The position numbers and the translations under genes were made by a program. The notes under the pieces were generated by a model. It saw nothing but the letters and a program-made list of their open reading frames with translations, was not told the origin of the DNA and did no database searches. Positions 1 through 9,484 of a stretch of 64,000 nt of DNA are shown piece after piece. Positions within the stretch are counted from its first letter, which is position 1. Every line of letters begins with the position of its first letter. This DNA comes from Minisyncoccota bacterium (GTDB taxonomy: Bacteria > Patescibacteriota > Minisyncoccia > UBA6257 > 2-01-FULL-56-20). The DNA lies in assembly GCA_036510525.1 (NCBI GenBank), contig DATCDU010000034.1:976-64975 (forward strand), written 5' to 3'.

Positions 1-479
1 GGCGCGTTCGGGCCGCCGATAGCGCTCGCGGTGGACGTTCCCGCCGCGCCCACGCCTGCTGGTGCTCCTGAAAAACACCAGATACCGAACGGCGAGCGTT
101 CGGTGACGGTGATCGTGACGGTATGCGAGAAATAATCCTTTGAAACGGTCGCGGTCGCGAGCTGCGGGATCATACGCAGATCGTTTTGCGGGATGACGTC
201 GGGCCAGAGCAGCATGTTGCCGAACGTGGCGGCGGCACCGAACAGATGGTGGCTCGGCATCGCGGCCGACTCGACGAGCGCGACAACATCCGCGCTCGCA
301 ACCGCGCTGTTGCCCTGCACCACAACACTATCCACGCGGAACACCGGCGAGTGGAAGATGAACCACTGCGTGACGAAGAATATCCCGTAGAGGACGATCA
401 GTCCGAGCGCGGTAAAGAGATACGCGCGGATGCGCTTGCGCCTCTTTTTGCGATCAGAAATGTACGGCGCGATCTGCAT
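1..479 (-). CDS. ftsQ: FtsQ/DivIB-like cell division protein (runs off the window edge)
   Basis: Read manually, not in the ORF track: MQIAPYISDRKKRRKRIRAYLFTALGLIVLYGIFFVTQWFIFHSPVFRVDSVVVQGNSAV...HTVTITVTERSPFGIWC. Basic N-terminus, one TM helix, POTRA-like segment and TER motif. Confidence 0.7.
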   Translation of the reverse strand, partial: MQIAPYISDRKKRRKRIRAYLFTALGLIVLYGIFFVTQWFIFHSPVFRVDSVVVQGNSAVASADVVALVESAAMPSHHLFGAAATFGNMLLWPDVIPQNDLRMIPQLATATVSKDYFSHTVTITVTERSPFGIWCFSGAPAGVGAAGTSTASAIGGPNA

Positions 480-501
480 GACTCAATGATACCACTCCGC
501 C

Positions 502-1779
502 CTACCCGATCACCTTTTTCCCCACGTACTTTTGCAACACCTCCGGCACTGCCACTTTCCCGTCTTTCGTCTGGTAATTTTCCAAAATAGCGATGAGGAT
601 GCGCGGACTCGGCAACGCCGTGTTGTTCAACATATAGACATATTTCTTCTCGCCCGTCTTCGCATCGGTATATTTGACGTTCAGGCGGCGCGATTGCCAG
701 TCGAGGAAATTGCTCGCTGAGCCGGTTTCGGCCCAGCGGTTCATCCCCGGAAGCCACGCCTCCGTGTCGTACTGTTTATACTTGCCCGCGCCGAGGTCGC
801 CGGTGCAAATGAGCAACCGCCGGTAGGGCAAACCGAGCTCCTCATGCATCTCGCCGGAGATCGCCACCATTTCGTCCTGCAATTTGTTCGCGGCCTCGAT
901 GTCCGCCTCCGCGAGCACCACCTGTTCCACCTTCATGAATTCGTGCACGCGGTACATGCCCTTCACATCCTTGCCGTAACTGCCGATCTCGCTGCGATAG
1001 CACTGGCTGTAGCCGGCATTTTTTATCGGGAGGTCTTCGCTCTTTAATACCTCATCCGAATAGTATGCGAGGAGTGACGGCTCGGATGTTCCGACCAAAA
1101 ATTTCTTTTCGGCACTCATCTTACCATCGACCTCTTTATCACTCGTCGCGATCTCATAGATCTCATCAACTTCCGGATCATACTCAGTGCCCTTGAAATA
1201 TCCCGTGCCGAAGAGCGCGAACTCCTTCACGAGCGTCGGCGGAATCATCGGCTTGAATCCCTTCTCCACCATATTATTGATCGCGTACATCATGATACCC
1301 ATCACGAGCAGCACTCCTTCGTTCTTTAAATAATATCCGCGGAAACCGCCAATTTTTGTGCCCTTTTCAAAATCCAAAATGTCGAGATCTTTGCCAAGCG
1401 CCATATGATCTTTCGGCGCAAAGTCGAATTTCTTGGGTTCGCCCCAATGAAACACTTCTTTGTTCTCACTCTCGTCTTTTCCCACCGGCACATCCGGCGA
1501 AATGATGTTCGGCACGCGCACCATCAGCTCATTGAACTGCTTCTCGAGTGGCTTCAATTTTTCTTCCTGCTCTTTGAATTGCTCTTTGAGCTCGGCGCCC
1601 GCTTCGCGGTCCTGCGTCTTCTTTTGCTCCGCGCGGAGCGCTTCGGAGGACGTCATCAACTCGCGTCGCTTCGCGTCAACATCCAAAAGCTCATCAATGA
1701 CCTTCGGGTCCAGGTTCTTTTTCTTCGCCGCGTCTTTTATTTCTGCCGCGTTCTCGCGGATGAACTTGATGTCGAGCAT
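502..1779 (-). CDS. serS: Serine--tRNA ligase
   Basis: MLDIKFIREN start, coiled-coil arm, GTSE, CYRSEIG, RVHEFMKVEQ and LNNTA class II motifs. Confidence 0.97.
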   Translation of the reverse strand: MLDIKFIRENAAEIKDAAKKKNLDPKVIDELLDVDAKRRELMTSSEALRAEQKKTQDREAGAELKEQFKEQEEKLKPLEKQFNELMVRVPNIISPDVPVGKDESENKEVFHWGEPKKFDFAPKDHMALGKDLDILDFEKGTKIGGFRGYYLKNEGVLLVMGIMMYAINNMVEKGFKPMIPPTLVKEFALFGTGYFKGTEYDPEVDEIYEIATSDKEVDGKMSAEKKFLVGTSEPSLLAYYSDEVLKSEDLPIKNAGYSQCYRSEIGSYGKDVKGMYRVHEFMKVEQVVLAEADIEAANKLQDEMVAISGEMHEELGLPYRRLLICTGDLGAGKYKQYDTEAWLPGMNRWAETGSASNFLDWQSRRLNVKYTDAKTGEKKYVYMLNNTALPSPRILIAILENYQTKDGKVAVPEVLQKYVGKKVIG

Positions 1780-1838
1780 TACGCTTATTCTATCCCAAAG
1801 GCTGGAAAATTCAATGCTATTGGCCTATAATCGAATTT

Positions 1839-3599
1839 ATGGCCCACGACAACCCGCCGGAGCATCTCGACCAGATCCGGCACTCGCTCGCGCACTTGCT
1901 CGCGGCAGCGGTGCTGAAGGAATTCCCCGACGCCAAGCTCGGCATCGGGCCAACCGTCGAGAACGGGTTCTACTACGACTTCCTGCTCCCCCGCGCCGTG
2001 ACGCCCGACGACCTGAAGACGCTCGAGAAGACGATGCGTTCGCTCATCAACAAGAAGCTGCCGTTCACAGGCCGGGAAGTGTCGCCCGCAGAGGCAAAGA
2101 AGCTTTTTGCACATCAGCCGTTTAAGCTGGATTTAATAAATGAATTTGCGACCGATGGAAAGAAATTGACCGTCTACGAGACCGGCGACATCTTTATGGA
2201 CCTCTGCCGCGGCGGCCACGTGGAAAATACTTCCGAGATCCCCGCCGACGGCTTCAAGTTGGATAAGATCGCGGGCGCTTACTGGCGTGGCGACGAGAAG
2301 AACCAGCAGCTCCAGCGCATCTATGGCCTGGCGTTCGAAAGTAAGGAGAAGTTAAAAGATTATGAAAAAATGCTTGAGGAGGCTAAGAAGCGGGACCACA
2401 AGGTGCTCGGCCCCAAGCTCGATCTCTTTACCTTCTCCGAACTCGTCGGCCCGGGTCTTCCACTATGGACGCCGAAGGGCACGACGGTACGAAACTTACT
2501 TGACGATTTCGTCTGGTCGCTCCGTAAGAAGCGCGGATACCTCCAGGTGGACATCCCGCACATCACCAAAAAAGACCTCTACGAAAAGAGCGGCCACTGG
2601 GATAAATTCAAGGACGAGCTCTTTAAAATAGAAACGCGCGAAGGACATCTCTACGCGATGAAGCCGATGAACTGCCCGCACCACACGCAGATCTACGCGC
2701 GCAAGCAGTGGAGCTATCGCGAACTCCCCCAGCGCTACGCGAACACCACAAAAGTGTATCGCGACGAACAGTCGGGCGAACTCGCCGGGCTTTCGCGCGT
2801 GCTCGCGATCACCCAGGACGACGCGCACGTGTTCTGTCGCACTTCGCAGATCAAAGATGAGATATTCAAGATCTGGGATATCGTCACGGAATTCTACGGC
2901 GCGTTCGGCTTCGAACTTTCCATCCGCCTCTCGCTCCACGATCCCGCGCATCCGGAAAAGTATCTTGGCACGCCGGAGGTGTGGCGCAGCGCCGAAGACC
3001 ATTTGCGCCAGCTCGTGAAGGAGCACGGCGCGGAGGCGATTGAAGCACCCGGTGAAGCGGCGCTCTACGGCCCAAAGATCGACTTCATGGGAAAGGATGC
3101 GATCGGACGCTCGGTGCAGATCGCCACGATCCAGCTCGACATGAATCAGCCGGAGCGATTCGATCTTTTTTGCATAAATGAGAACGGCGAGCACGAACGG
3201 ATCGTGATGATCCACGCCGCAATCATGGGCTCCATTGAGCGATTCCTCTCGGTGATCATCGAGCACTTCGCGGGCGCGTTTCCCGTCTGGCTCGCGCCGG
3301 TGCAGGCGACGGTCATCCCGGTCGGCGAGAAATTTTCGGAGTACGGACACAGCGTGTATGCGGCGCTCGAAGCCGCGGGCATTCGCGTGGAATTTTCCGA
3401 GGCCGACGAATCGCTCGGTAAGCGCATCCGCGCGGCGGAGCTGATGAAGATCCCCTATCTGCTCGTCGTCGGAGAAAAAGAAGAGGCGAACAAGACGGTC
3501 AACGTACGCGATCGCAAAGGCGATGAAAAAGAGGTCTCGGTCAAAGATTTTGTGGAAAAAATTGGGGAAGAAATAAAAGAAAAGGCCCTGATGCAATAG
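1839..3599 (+). CDS. thrS: Threonine--tRNA ligase
   Basis: HSLAHLL, DLCRGGH, KPMNCPHH, QDDAH, IHAAIMGSIERF and C-terminal anticodon-binding domain. Confidence 0.98.
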   Translation: MAHDNPPEHLDQIRHSLAHLLAAAVLKEFPDAKLGIGPTVENGFYYDFLLPRAVTPDDLKTLEKTMRSLINKKLPFTGREVSPAEAKKLFAHQPFKLDLINEFATDGKKLTVYETGDIFMDLCRGGHVENTSEIPADGFKLDKIAGAYWRGDEKNQQLQRIYGLAFESKEKLKDYEKMLEEAKKRDHKVLGPKLDLFTFSELVGPGLPLWTPKGTTVRNLLDDFVWSLRKKRGYLQVDIPHITKKDLYEKSGHWDKFKDELFKIETREGHLYAMKPMNCPHHTQIYARKQWSYRELPQRYANTTKVYRDEQSGELAGLSRVLAITQDDAHVFCRTSQIKDEIFKIWDIVTEFYGAFGFELSIRLSLHDPAHPEKYLGTPEVWRSAEDHLRQLVKEHGAEAIEAPGEAALYGPKIDFMGKDAIGRSVQIATIQLDMNQPERFDLFCINENGEHERIVMIHAAIMGSIERFLSVIIEHFAGAFPVWLAPVQATVIPVGEKFSEYGHSVYAALEAAGIRVEFSEADESLGKRIRAAELMKIPYLLVVGEKEEANKTVNVRDRKGDEKEVSVKDFVEKIGEEIKEKALMQ

Positions 3600-3641
3600 A
3601 GATCGCACGAGCCTTTTTATGTCGCCTTCCTTGAAGATCCT

Positions 3642-3857
3642 TTAGCCTTTTGGTTCAGCCGCCATCCAGCGGGAATTCGGATTGGGCGGCAACCATCGAC
3701 GGCTGTCCACGATCAAGCCGATGATGATGAACACTATTAACGCAAGGATAAGCGCGGCGACAAGGACCAGCATAACGAATCCAAAGATCCAAGGCAGCCA
3801 GAGAAAGCACGGATGATGTTGAAACAGCTGGGACAGGTGTTGAGATAGCTCAATCAT
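3642..3857 (-). CDS. Small membrane protein, unknown function
   Basis: 71 aa with one long hydrophobic stretch; AGGAGG 6 nt before the ATG. Confidence 0.6.
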   Translation of the reverse strand: MIELSQHLSQLFQHHPCFLWLPWIFGFVMLVLVAALILALIVFIIIGLIVDSRRWLPPNPNSRWMAAEPKG

Positions 3858-3897
3858 CTGGCACCTCCTGCTCTCAAGATACTATATAATGGTTAAA

Positions 3898-4803
3898 ATG
3901 TCAATTAACCCCCGCCTCATCGCCATCGTCGGCCCCACCGCAAGCGGCAAGACCACCCTCGCGATCGCGCTTGCCCAAAAATTCGGCGGCGAGATCGTCT
4001 CCGCTGACTCACGGCAGCTCTATCGCGGCATGGACATCGGCACCGCGAAGCCGAGCGAAGCCGAGTGTCGTGCGATCCCCCATCACCTTATCGATATAAA
4101 AGATCCCGACGAGGATTACGCCGTGGCGGAGTATCAGCACGATGCCGTTGCGGCTATCGACGACATCATCGCGCGCGGTAAGGTACCATTCCTCGTCGGT
4201 GGGACCGGTCTGTATGTGCGCGCGGTGGTGGAAAATCTTGATATTCCAAAAACGCCGGCCCACCCCGAGCTGCGCGCGGAAATAGAGCGGGACATCGCGC
4301 GGGAGGGACTCGATGCCACATTCAAACGATTGGTCGCGCTTGATCCGGATGCGGCGCAAGTGGTAGACCCGAAAAATCCCCGCCGTGTCGTGCGCGCGCT
4401 CGAGGTCGCGCTCGCAAGCGGCGCGCCGTTCACCGCTCAGCGCACCAAAAGCCCACCGCTCTTCAATACCCTCGTACTCGGCCTCAATCCCCCGCCCGGA
4501 ATTTTGCGCGAACGCATTGACCGGCGTGTAGACGAAATGTTCCACGCCGGATTCGTTGATGAAGTAAAAACGCTTATGAAAAAATATGGCTCCAGTGTGC
4601 CCGCGTTCAACGCGATCGGGTATCGGGAGATCATTGACCACCTGAACGGTGGACTATCCATCGAAGATGCCGCAGCGGCGATCAAACTGAACACGTGGCA
4701 CTACGCGAAGCGGCAGGTCACATGGTTCAAGAAATATAAGCCGACATACTGGGTGGCGAGCACTGAAGAAGCATCAACGCTGGTTAAAGATCTTCTAAAA
4801 TAA
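3898..4803 (+). CDS. miaA: tRNA dimethylallyltransferase
   Basis: GPTASGKT, SADSRQLYRGMDIGTAKP, GGTGLY, YAKRQVTWF. Start placed 7 nt after TATAAT. Confidence 0.97.
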   Translation: MSINPRLIAIVGPTASGKTTLAIALAQKFGGEIVSADSRQLYRGMDIGTAKPSEAECRAIPHHLIDIKDPDEDYAVAEYQHDAVAAIDDIIARGKVPFLVGGTGLYVRAVVENLDIPKTPAHPELRAEIERDIAREGLDATFKRLVALDPDAAQVVDPKNPRRVVRALEVALASGAPFTAQRTKSPPLFNTLVLGLNPPPGILRERIDRRVDEMFHAGFVDEVKTLMKKYGSSVPAFNAIGYREIIDHLNGGLSIEDAAAAIKLNTWHYAKRQVTWFKKYKPTYWVASTEEASTLVKDLLK

Positions 4804-4867
4804 AAACAGGCGACCGTCTGTAAAAGACGTCACCTGTGTAAATCGGCAAGGAGAGTAAAGCCATCGT

Positions 4868-5248
4868 CTACGATTGTGTGGCTGCCTCCAGTAAAGGAAC
4901 CGGAAATTGAGGTTCGGATTCCGTGGGAATCCACTTCAGAAGCTGGGTTGGAAGCAGCGGGAGCTCAAAGCTTCGATCGCACTCGCAGCGTCGGCCGGAG
5001 CCACCGTTCCCATCACGATGGAACCTTGCACCGCCGCACGGAGTGTGCCGTAGCGCAGGATACTCGATGCAGCTCCGCTTGTTGTGTCCGGGACACTTGA
5101 ATGTTTGACATATCCCAACACTAGAAATGCCGTCGAGTATACGGAGTGGTTGGTAACAGTACTGGCAGACATAATTCATGCCGCATTCCTCGGAAGACGG
5201 AAGAATATGTGGTTGCGAATGGTGCGAAGTATCCGCAGAGACGTGCAT
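4868..5248 (-). CDS. Cys-rich hypothetical protein, possible zinc ribbons
   Basis: CQYC, CQTFKC, HTPC and CEC clusters; AGGAGG before the ATG at 5248; TTGACG-16-TAAAAT promoter upstream. Confidence 0.55.
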   Translation of the reverse strand: MHVSADTSHHSQPHILPSSEECGMNYVCQYCYQPLRILDGISSVGICQTFKCPGHNKRSCIEYPALRHTPCGGARFHRDGNGGSGRRCECDRSFELPLLPTQLLKWIPTESEPQFPVPLLEAATQS

Positions 5249-5427
5249 AGACAACCTCCTGGGTTTTCCCTTTGATTCCTAGACCGAACGAGTGGAGAAG
5301 ACCCCTTGAAAAACGAACGACTTCGTCCCTCCTTTCACAAAAGGCCATCTCCACATAAAAGAACTAAAAGACAAGCTGCTGATATATATTTTACGCAAAT
5401 TTAATAACCCGTCAAGAGTATGCCCAC

Positions 5428-6861
5428 CTACGCCAGGTTCTTCTCGAATATCTCCCGCAACATGTCCGGCCGTGCCCGGCCTTTGAGCTGGGCCATTGCC
5501 TTGCCGATGAGGAACTGTAAGCTCGCCGTCTTCCCTTTCTTGTAATCCGCGACCGCGGTGCCATGCTCGGCGATGACCGCGAGCACCACCGCCTCCACTT
5601 CATCCGCATCGCCGATGCCGATATTCTCACTCTTCATGATCTCCTCGGGATCGGCGCCGGTCTCGAACATCTTGGCGAGCATATCCTTCGCCTGCCGACT
5701 CGTGATCTTCTTCTGATCAATAAGCACCGCGAGTGCGGCAAGATGTTCCGGGCGCACTTTGACGTCCGCAAATACCAAGCCAGTTTCGTTCATCATCCCC
5801 CGCAGATCGCTCGTCAGATAATTGTAGACGGTGGCGATACTGCCATCCGGAATCTCCTCACGGAACTCCGACACCGCCTCCTCGAAATAATTTGCGAGCG
5901 CGATATCGCCCGCAAGCGCTTCAGCCGCCTTTGCATCCAACGCATATTCCTTTACGAACCGCGCGCGCTTTTCTGCGGGCAACTCCGGGATAGAATCCCG
6001 AAGCTCTTCCAGCCCGAGCACCGCCGTCTCGAACGGCGGGATGTCCGGCTCCGGAAAATAACGATAATCCTGCGCCTCCTCTTTTGACCGCTGCGCCACA
6101 CTCTTCTGTTTTGCGTCATCCCAGCCACGCGTCTCCTGATGGACCGTCTCGCCCTTATCCAAAATTTCCGTCTGGCGCTTGATCTCGTAGTTGATCGCCT
6201 GGAACACCGAGTTGAACGAATTCAAATTCTTTACCTCCGCGCGCGTGCCGAGCACCGCCGGGTCCGGCGAGATCGAGATGTTCGCGTCGGCGCGCATCTG
6301 GCCGCGCTCAAGGTCAGCGTCGGACACTCCGAGATAGCGCAGTACGAGCTGCAGCTCTTTCATAAATGCCACGGCGTCCTCCGCGGTGTGGATGTCCGGC
6401 TCGGTCACGAGTTCCATCAATGGCACGCTCGCGCGGTTATAGTCCACGAGCGTGCTGCTACTCCCATTGGCGCCCGCATCGTCATGCATCAGCTTGCCGG
6501 CGTCTTCCTCCAAATGGATATGATTGATCTTCACGCCCTTCAACGTTCCGCCCACCACGAGTGGCTGGCCGGATTGTGAAATTTGATATGCCTTCGGAAG
6601 GTCGGGATAGAAATAATTTTTGCGATCGAAGCGCGAGCGCGCATTCGCCGCCCCGCCGAGCGCGAGCCCCACTTTGACAACATGCTCAATGGCTTTGCGG
6701 TTCGGCACCGGCAATGTTCCCGGATGACCCATACAGACCGGGCATACATTCACGTTCGGGTGCTTCTCGTCCGGGTCGCTCAGCGAATCGCAGAACATCT
6801 TGGTCCGCGTCTTCAATTCCGCGTGCACCTCAAGACCGATGGTAGGATGATAATCGCTCAT
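5428..6861 (-). CDS. gatB: Asp/Glu-tRNA amidotransferase subunit B
   Basis: IGLEVHAEL, FDRKNYFYPDLPK, HLEEDAGK, DYRYFPEPD. Confidence 0.98.
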   Translation of the reverse strand: MSDYHPTIGLEVHAELKTRTKMFCDSLSDPDEKHPNVNVCPVCMGHPGTLPVPNRKAIEHVVKVGLALGGAANARSRFDRKNYFYPDLPKAYQISQSGQPLVVGGTLKGVKINHIHLEEDAGKLMHDDAGANGSSSTLVDYNRASVPLMELVTEPDIHTAEDAVAFMKELQLVLRYLGVSDADLERGQMRADANISISPDPAVLGTRAEVKNLNSFNSVFQAINYEIKRQTEILDKGETVHQETRGWDDAKQKSVAQRSKEEAQDYRYFPEPDIPPFETAVLGLEELRDSIPELPAEKRARFVKEYALDAKAAEALAGDIALANYFEEAVSEFREEIPDGSIATVYNYLTSDLRGMMNETGLVFADVKVRPEHLAALAVLIDQKKITSRQAKDMLAKMFETGADPEEIMKSENIGIGDADEVEAVVLAVIAEHGTAVADYKKGKTASLQFLIGKAMAQLKGRARPDMLREIFEKNLA

Positions 6862-6910
6862 AATGTATACTTATATTAGCCGAAAACGGCTCACATCTCA
6901 ACTATAATCA

Positions 6911-7459
6911 ATGATAATAACGATCGGCGGAAATCTCGGGGCGGGCAAGACCACGCTCGCAAATAATTTAGCGAACGAACTCCATTACGCCCAGCTCTAT
7001 GTCGGCGGCATTTTCCGCGACATGGCGGCCGAAAAGAACCTTACGATAGAACAGTTCTACGCGCAGCTTAAAGACGATCCAGCAGTGGAACAGGAAGTGG
7101 ACCAGCGCCAGGCGACGATGATGCGGGAGAAGGACGATCTCATCGTGCAGGGCCGCGTCGCGTGGTATTTTGCAAAGAGCAGCCCCTTCAAAGTCTTCAA
7201 TATCCTCCTTACCGTGAGTCCTGTTGTTGGAGCGGAAAGGGTGGGAGAGAAAAAAGAGAATGTCGGCAAGACCGCAGATGAGGTTACGATCGCCACCACC
7301 GAGCGGGAAAAAATGGAACGCGAGCGATACAAGATGCTCTATGCTATCGAAAACCATCTCGACCCCAAGCAATACGACTTCGTGCTCGACACCACGTCGC
7401 TCACCGAGCAGGAAGTGTTTGATAAAGTATTGTGGTTAGTAAAAGCGCGGCTTAGCTAG
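6911..7459 (+). CDS. cmk: Cytidylate kinase-like P-loop kinase (short, archaeal-type Cmk family)
   Basis: MIITIGGNLGAGKTT, GGIFRDMAAE, VQGR, ERYKMLY, YDFVLDT. Confidence 0.8.
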   Translation: MIITIGGNLGAGKTTLANNLANELHYAQLYVGGIFRDMAAEKNLTIEQFYAQLKDDPAVEQEVDQRQATMMREKDDLIVQGRVAWYFAKSSPFKVFNILLTVSPVVGAERVGEKKENVGKTADEVTIATTEREKMERERYKMLYAIENHLDPKQYDFVLDTTSLTEQEVFDKVLWLVKARLS

Positions 7460-7463
7460 ATCT

Positions 7464-8036
7464 TTATCCTTGGTGGCGCGTCATCTTTGCGATGTAACGA
7501 GCGATTTTTGCGTCGGGATCGATCCGCATAAAAAGCAGCGGGATGATCCCCAAGCGGATCCGCATCTCCGTGTGCCGGAATGATCTTCGCCATTGATCCA
7601 CTTCACTCGCCACGTTCGGATCATCCGCGCCGGCGGCAAGGTCTTCCGCGTAATATATGTGGGGATGAAAATCTGAGCGCGTGGCGATCAACTCCATTCG
7701 CTGCTTCTTGGCCTCGATGGCGATCACGGAGGCGTCATCGCCGGGATGTTCCTCGGACATATATTTTTTGAACACCTCAAACTCGCCGTCGGTGGTATCG
7801 GCGGATGGCCGTGAGACAATCGCCTCCGCAGGGATCCCCAGCGTTCGCAGGAACGCCGATGAAATTTCATTCTCCCAATATCCCCGGATCGCCGTGTTCA
7901 CCACGAGCAAAAATAGATCGGCCTTCTTTTTTCTGAAAAGCTCGCGTGCCGCATATCCGACCATCCTCATTTCGGGCGATGGAACATTGGGCTCCTCGTA
8001 ACGCATCGCCTGACTATGGATGAGACATATCTGCAT
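7464..8036 (-). CDS. Hypothetical protein, distant YdcF/DUF218-like
   Basis: GIPAEAIV..PSADTTDGE resembles the DUF218 core; start moved to MQICLIH to avoid overlap with rplK. Confidence 0.5.
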   Translation of the reverse strand: MQICLIHSQAMRYEEPNVPSPEMRMVGYAARELFRKKKADLFLLVVNTAIRGYWENEISSAFLRTLGIPAEAIVSRPSADTTDGEFEVFKKYMSEEHPGDDASVIAIEAKKQRMELIATRSDFHPHIYYAEDLAAGADDPNVASEVDQWRRSFRHTEMRIRLGIIPLLFMRIDPDAKIARYIAKMTRHQG

Positions 8037-8076
8037 TTTTTCAAAAGACCGGCGCGAGCCGGTCTTTTTATTATCG

Positions 8077-8502
8077 TTATCCCTCAATCGTGATCCCCAT
8101 ATTGCGAGCGGTGCCCGCGATGATCTTCTCCGCGGCTTCCAAGTTGTCGGTGTTCAGATCAGGAAGTTTGCGCTCGGCGATCTTCCGGATATCGGCTTTC
8201 GTCACCTTGCCCACTTTGCCCGTGAGCGGATTCGCAGCGCCCTTCTCGATGCCGGCGGCCTGCTTAAGCAACGCCGACGCCGGCGGCGTCTTCAGGATGA
8301 AACTGAACGTGCGGTCTTCGAAGATCGTGATCTCCGCCGGAACGACATCGCCCTTCATATCCTTTGTGGCCTCATTGAACTGCTTGCAGAAGTCCTGGAT
8401 GTTGATGCCCTGAGGACCGAGCGCGGTGCCGACCGGAGGCGCAGGATTGGCTCCGCCAGCGGGAAGCTGAAGTTTTAACACTGTCTTTACTTTCTTTGCC
8501 AT
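8077..8502 (-). CDS. rplK: 50S ribosomal protein L11
   Basis: [31 protein letters not shown]. Confidence 0.98.
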   Translation of the reverse strand: MAKKVKTVLKLQLPAGGANPAPPVGTALGPQGINIQDFCKQFNEATKDMKGDVVPAEITIFEDRTFSFILKTPPASALLKQAAGIEKGAANPLTGKVGKVTKADIRKIAERKLPDLNTDNLEAAEKIIAGTARNMGITIEG

Positions 8503-8546
8503 AGGGAATATAGTAGCCCGAAATAACTATTTAATCAAGTGGCGAA

Positions 8547-9038
8547 CTAGAACGGAATGTCCTCTGGCTTAATCTCGTCTTCTTCCAAATTGATCACCGG
8601 AATCTCGTCGAGTGACGGAACCGCATCGGAGTCACCGCCCTGCGCGGGCGAAGATGATACGCCCGAGCCGAAGCTCCGGCCACCACCCTGTCCTCCTCCA
8701 CCCGCGTTCGCGGCGCGCGGGCCAAGCTGCATGCGTTCTGCCATGATCTCCGTCGTCTTGCGCTGCTGACCCTGTTTGTCCGTCCAGCTGCGGGTCTGCA
8801 ATCGTCCTTCGATCAGCACCATCGCGCCCTTCGTAAGGTACTGCCCCGCGATCTCTGCGGTCCTGCCCCAGAGGACGACGTTGTGAAACTCGGCCTGTTC
8901 CTGCTTCTGGCCCTGTTTATCCGTCCACGTGCGGTTTGTGGCGACGCCAATCGTCGTGACCGACTGACCGCCCGGGGTAGACCGCACCTGCGGATCCGCC
9001 GTCACCCGTCCCACCAAGAGAACCTTATTTAAATCCAT
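8547..9038 (-). CDS. ssb: Single-stranded DNA-binding protein
   Basis: LNKVLLVGR, EGRLQTRSW, C-terminal DIPF tail. Confidence 0.98.
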   Translation of the reverse strand: MDLNKVLLVGRVTADPQVRSTPGGQSVTTIGVATNRTWTDKQGQKQEQAEFHNVVLWGRTAEIAGQYLTKGAMVLIEGRLQTRSWTDKQGQQRKTTEIMAERMQLGPRAANAGGGGQGGGRSFGSGVSSSPAQGGDSDAVPSLDEIPVINLEEDEIKPEDIPF

Positions 9039-9069
9039 GTTTTGTTATGGTGTTAATTTATTTACCCCT

Positions 9070-9103
9070 ATACTAGCACATCGTACATTAAAACTCTCTT
9101 AAA
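9070..9103 (-). promoter_or_regulatory. ssb promoter with shared upstream motif
   Basis: TTTAAGAGAGTTTTAATGT-ACGATGTGC-TAGTAT; extended -10 (TGn). Confidence 0.65.
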
Positions 9104-9107
9104 GGAA

Positions 9108-9225
9108 ATCAGGCGTAGGCATGCTATTTGAAAGGACGGCGTTCCGGTCTGCTGACCGGCCGCCTTGGCTCTCAGCGCCTTCGCGCTTCCGAGACACCTT
9201 TCAAATAGCATGCCTACGCCCTCAT
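9108..9225 (-). repeat. TGAG-tagged long hairpin A with structured 61-nt insert
   Basis: Perfect 24-bp inverted repeat at 9112-9135 / 9197-9220; flanks ATGAG ... TGAT on the minus strand. Confidence 0.85.
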
Positions 9226-9238
9226 TTTGGCGATACGA

Positions 9239-9272
9239 GTTAACAGGGATTTAATCAGCCATGTGCTACGCT
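9239..9272 (+). promoter_or_regulatory. Promoter of the tRNA-like gene with shared upstream motif
   Basis: GTTAACAGGGATTTAATCA-GCCATGTGC-TACGCT, ending 14 nt before the tRNA-like 5' end. Confidence 0.6.
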
Positions 9273-9286
9273 CCATCAGTCATTGG

Positions 9287-9361
9287 GGGCCGTTGGTGAA
9301 AGGGTATCACGGCCACCCTGACAGTTGGCAGTTCGGAGCTCGATTCTCCGGCGGTCCACCA
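9287..9361 (+). tRNA. Atypical tRNA-Val(GAC)-like gene
   Basis: Acceptor GGGCCGT/GCGGTCC-A-CCA, D stem GTGA/TCAC, T stem CGGAG/CTCCG with loop CTCGATT; irregular anticodon arm GCCACCCTGACAGTTGGC. Confidence 0.7.
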
Positions 9362-9446
9362 TTGATACCGAATTGACATCCATAACAACGCGCGTATTAT
9401 GGATACTACAGCTGTCAGGGTGGCGCGGTGCCTTTCACCGTGTAAT

Positions 9447-9480
9447 AAATAAAAAGACCCAGTACTGGGTCTTTTTATTT
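9447..9480. terminator. Bidirectional terminator, perfect 34-nt palindrome
   Basis: AAATAAAAAGACCCAGTACTGGGTCTTTTTATTT between the convergent tRNA-like gene and rpsF. Confidence 0.8.
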
Positions 9481-9484
9481 ATCC

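Noticed and set aside
9287-9361. tmRNA, because of G3.U70 and encoded CCA
   Set aside because: It has a paired D stem and an anticodon-like arm within 75 nt, with no tag reading frame or pseudoknot region.
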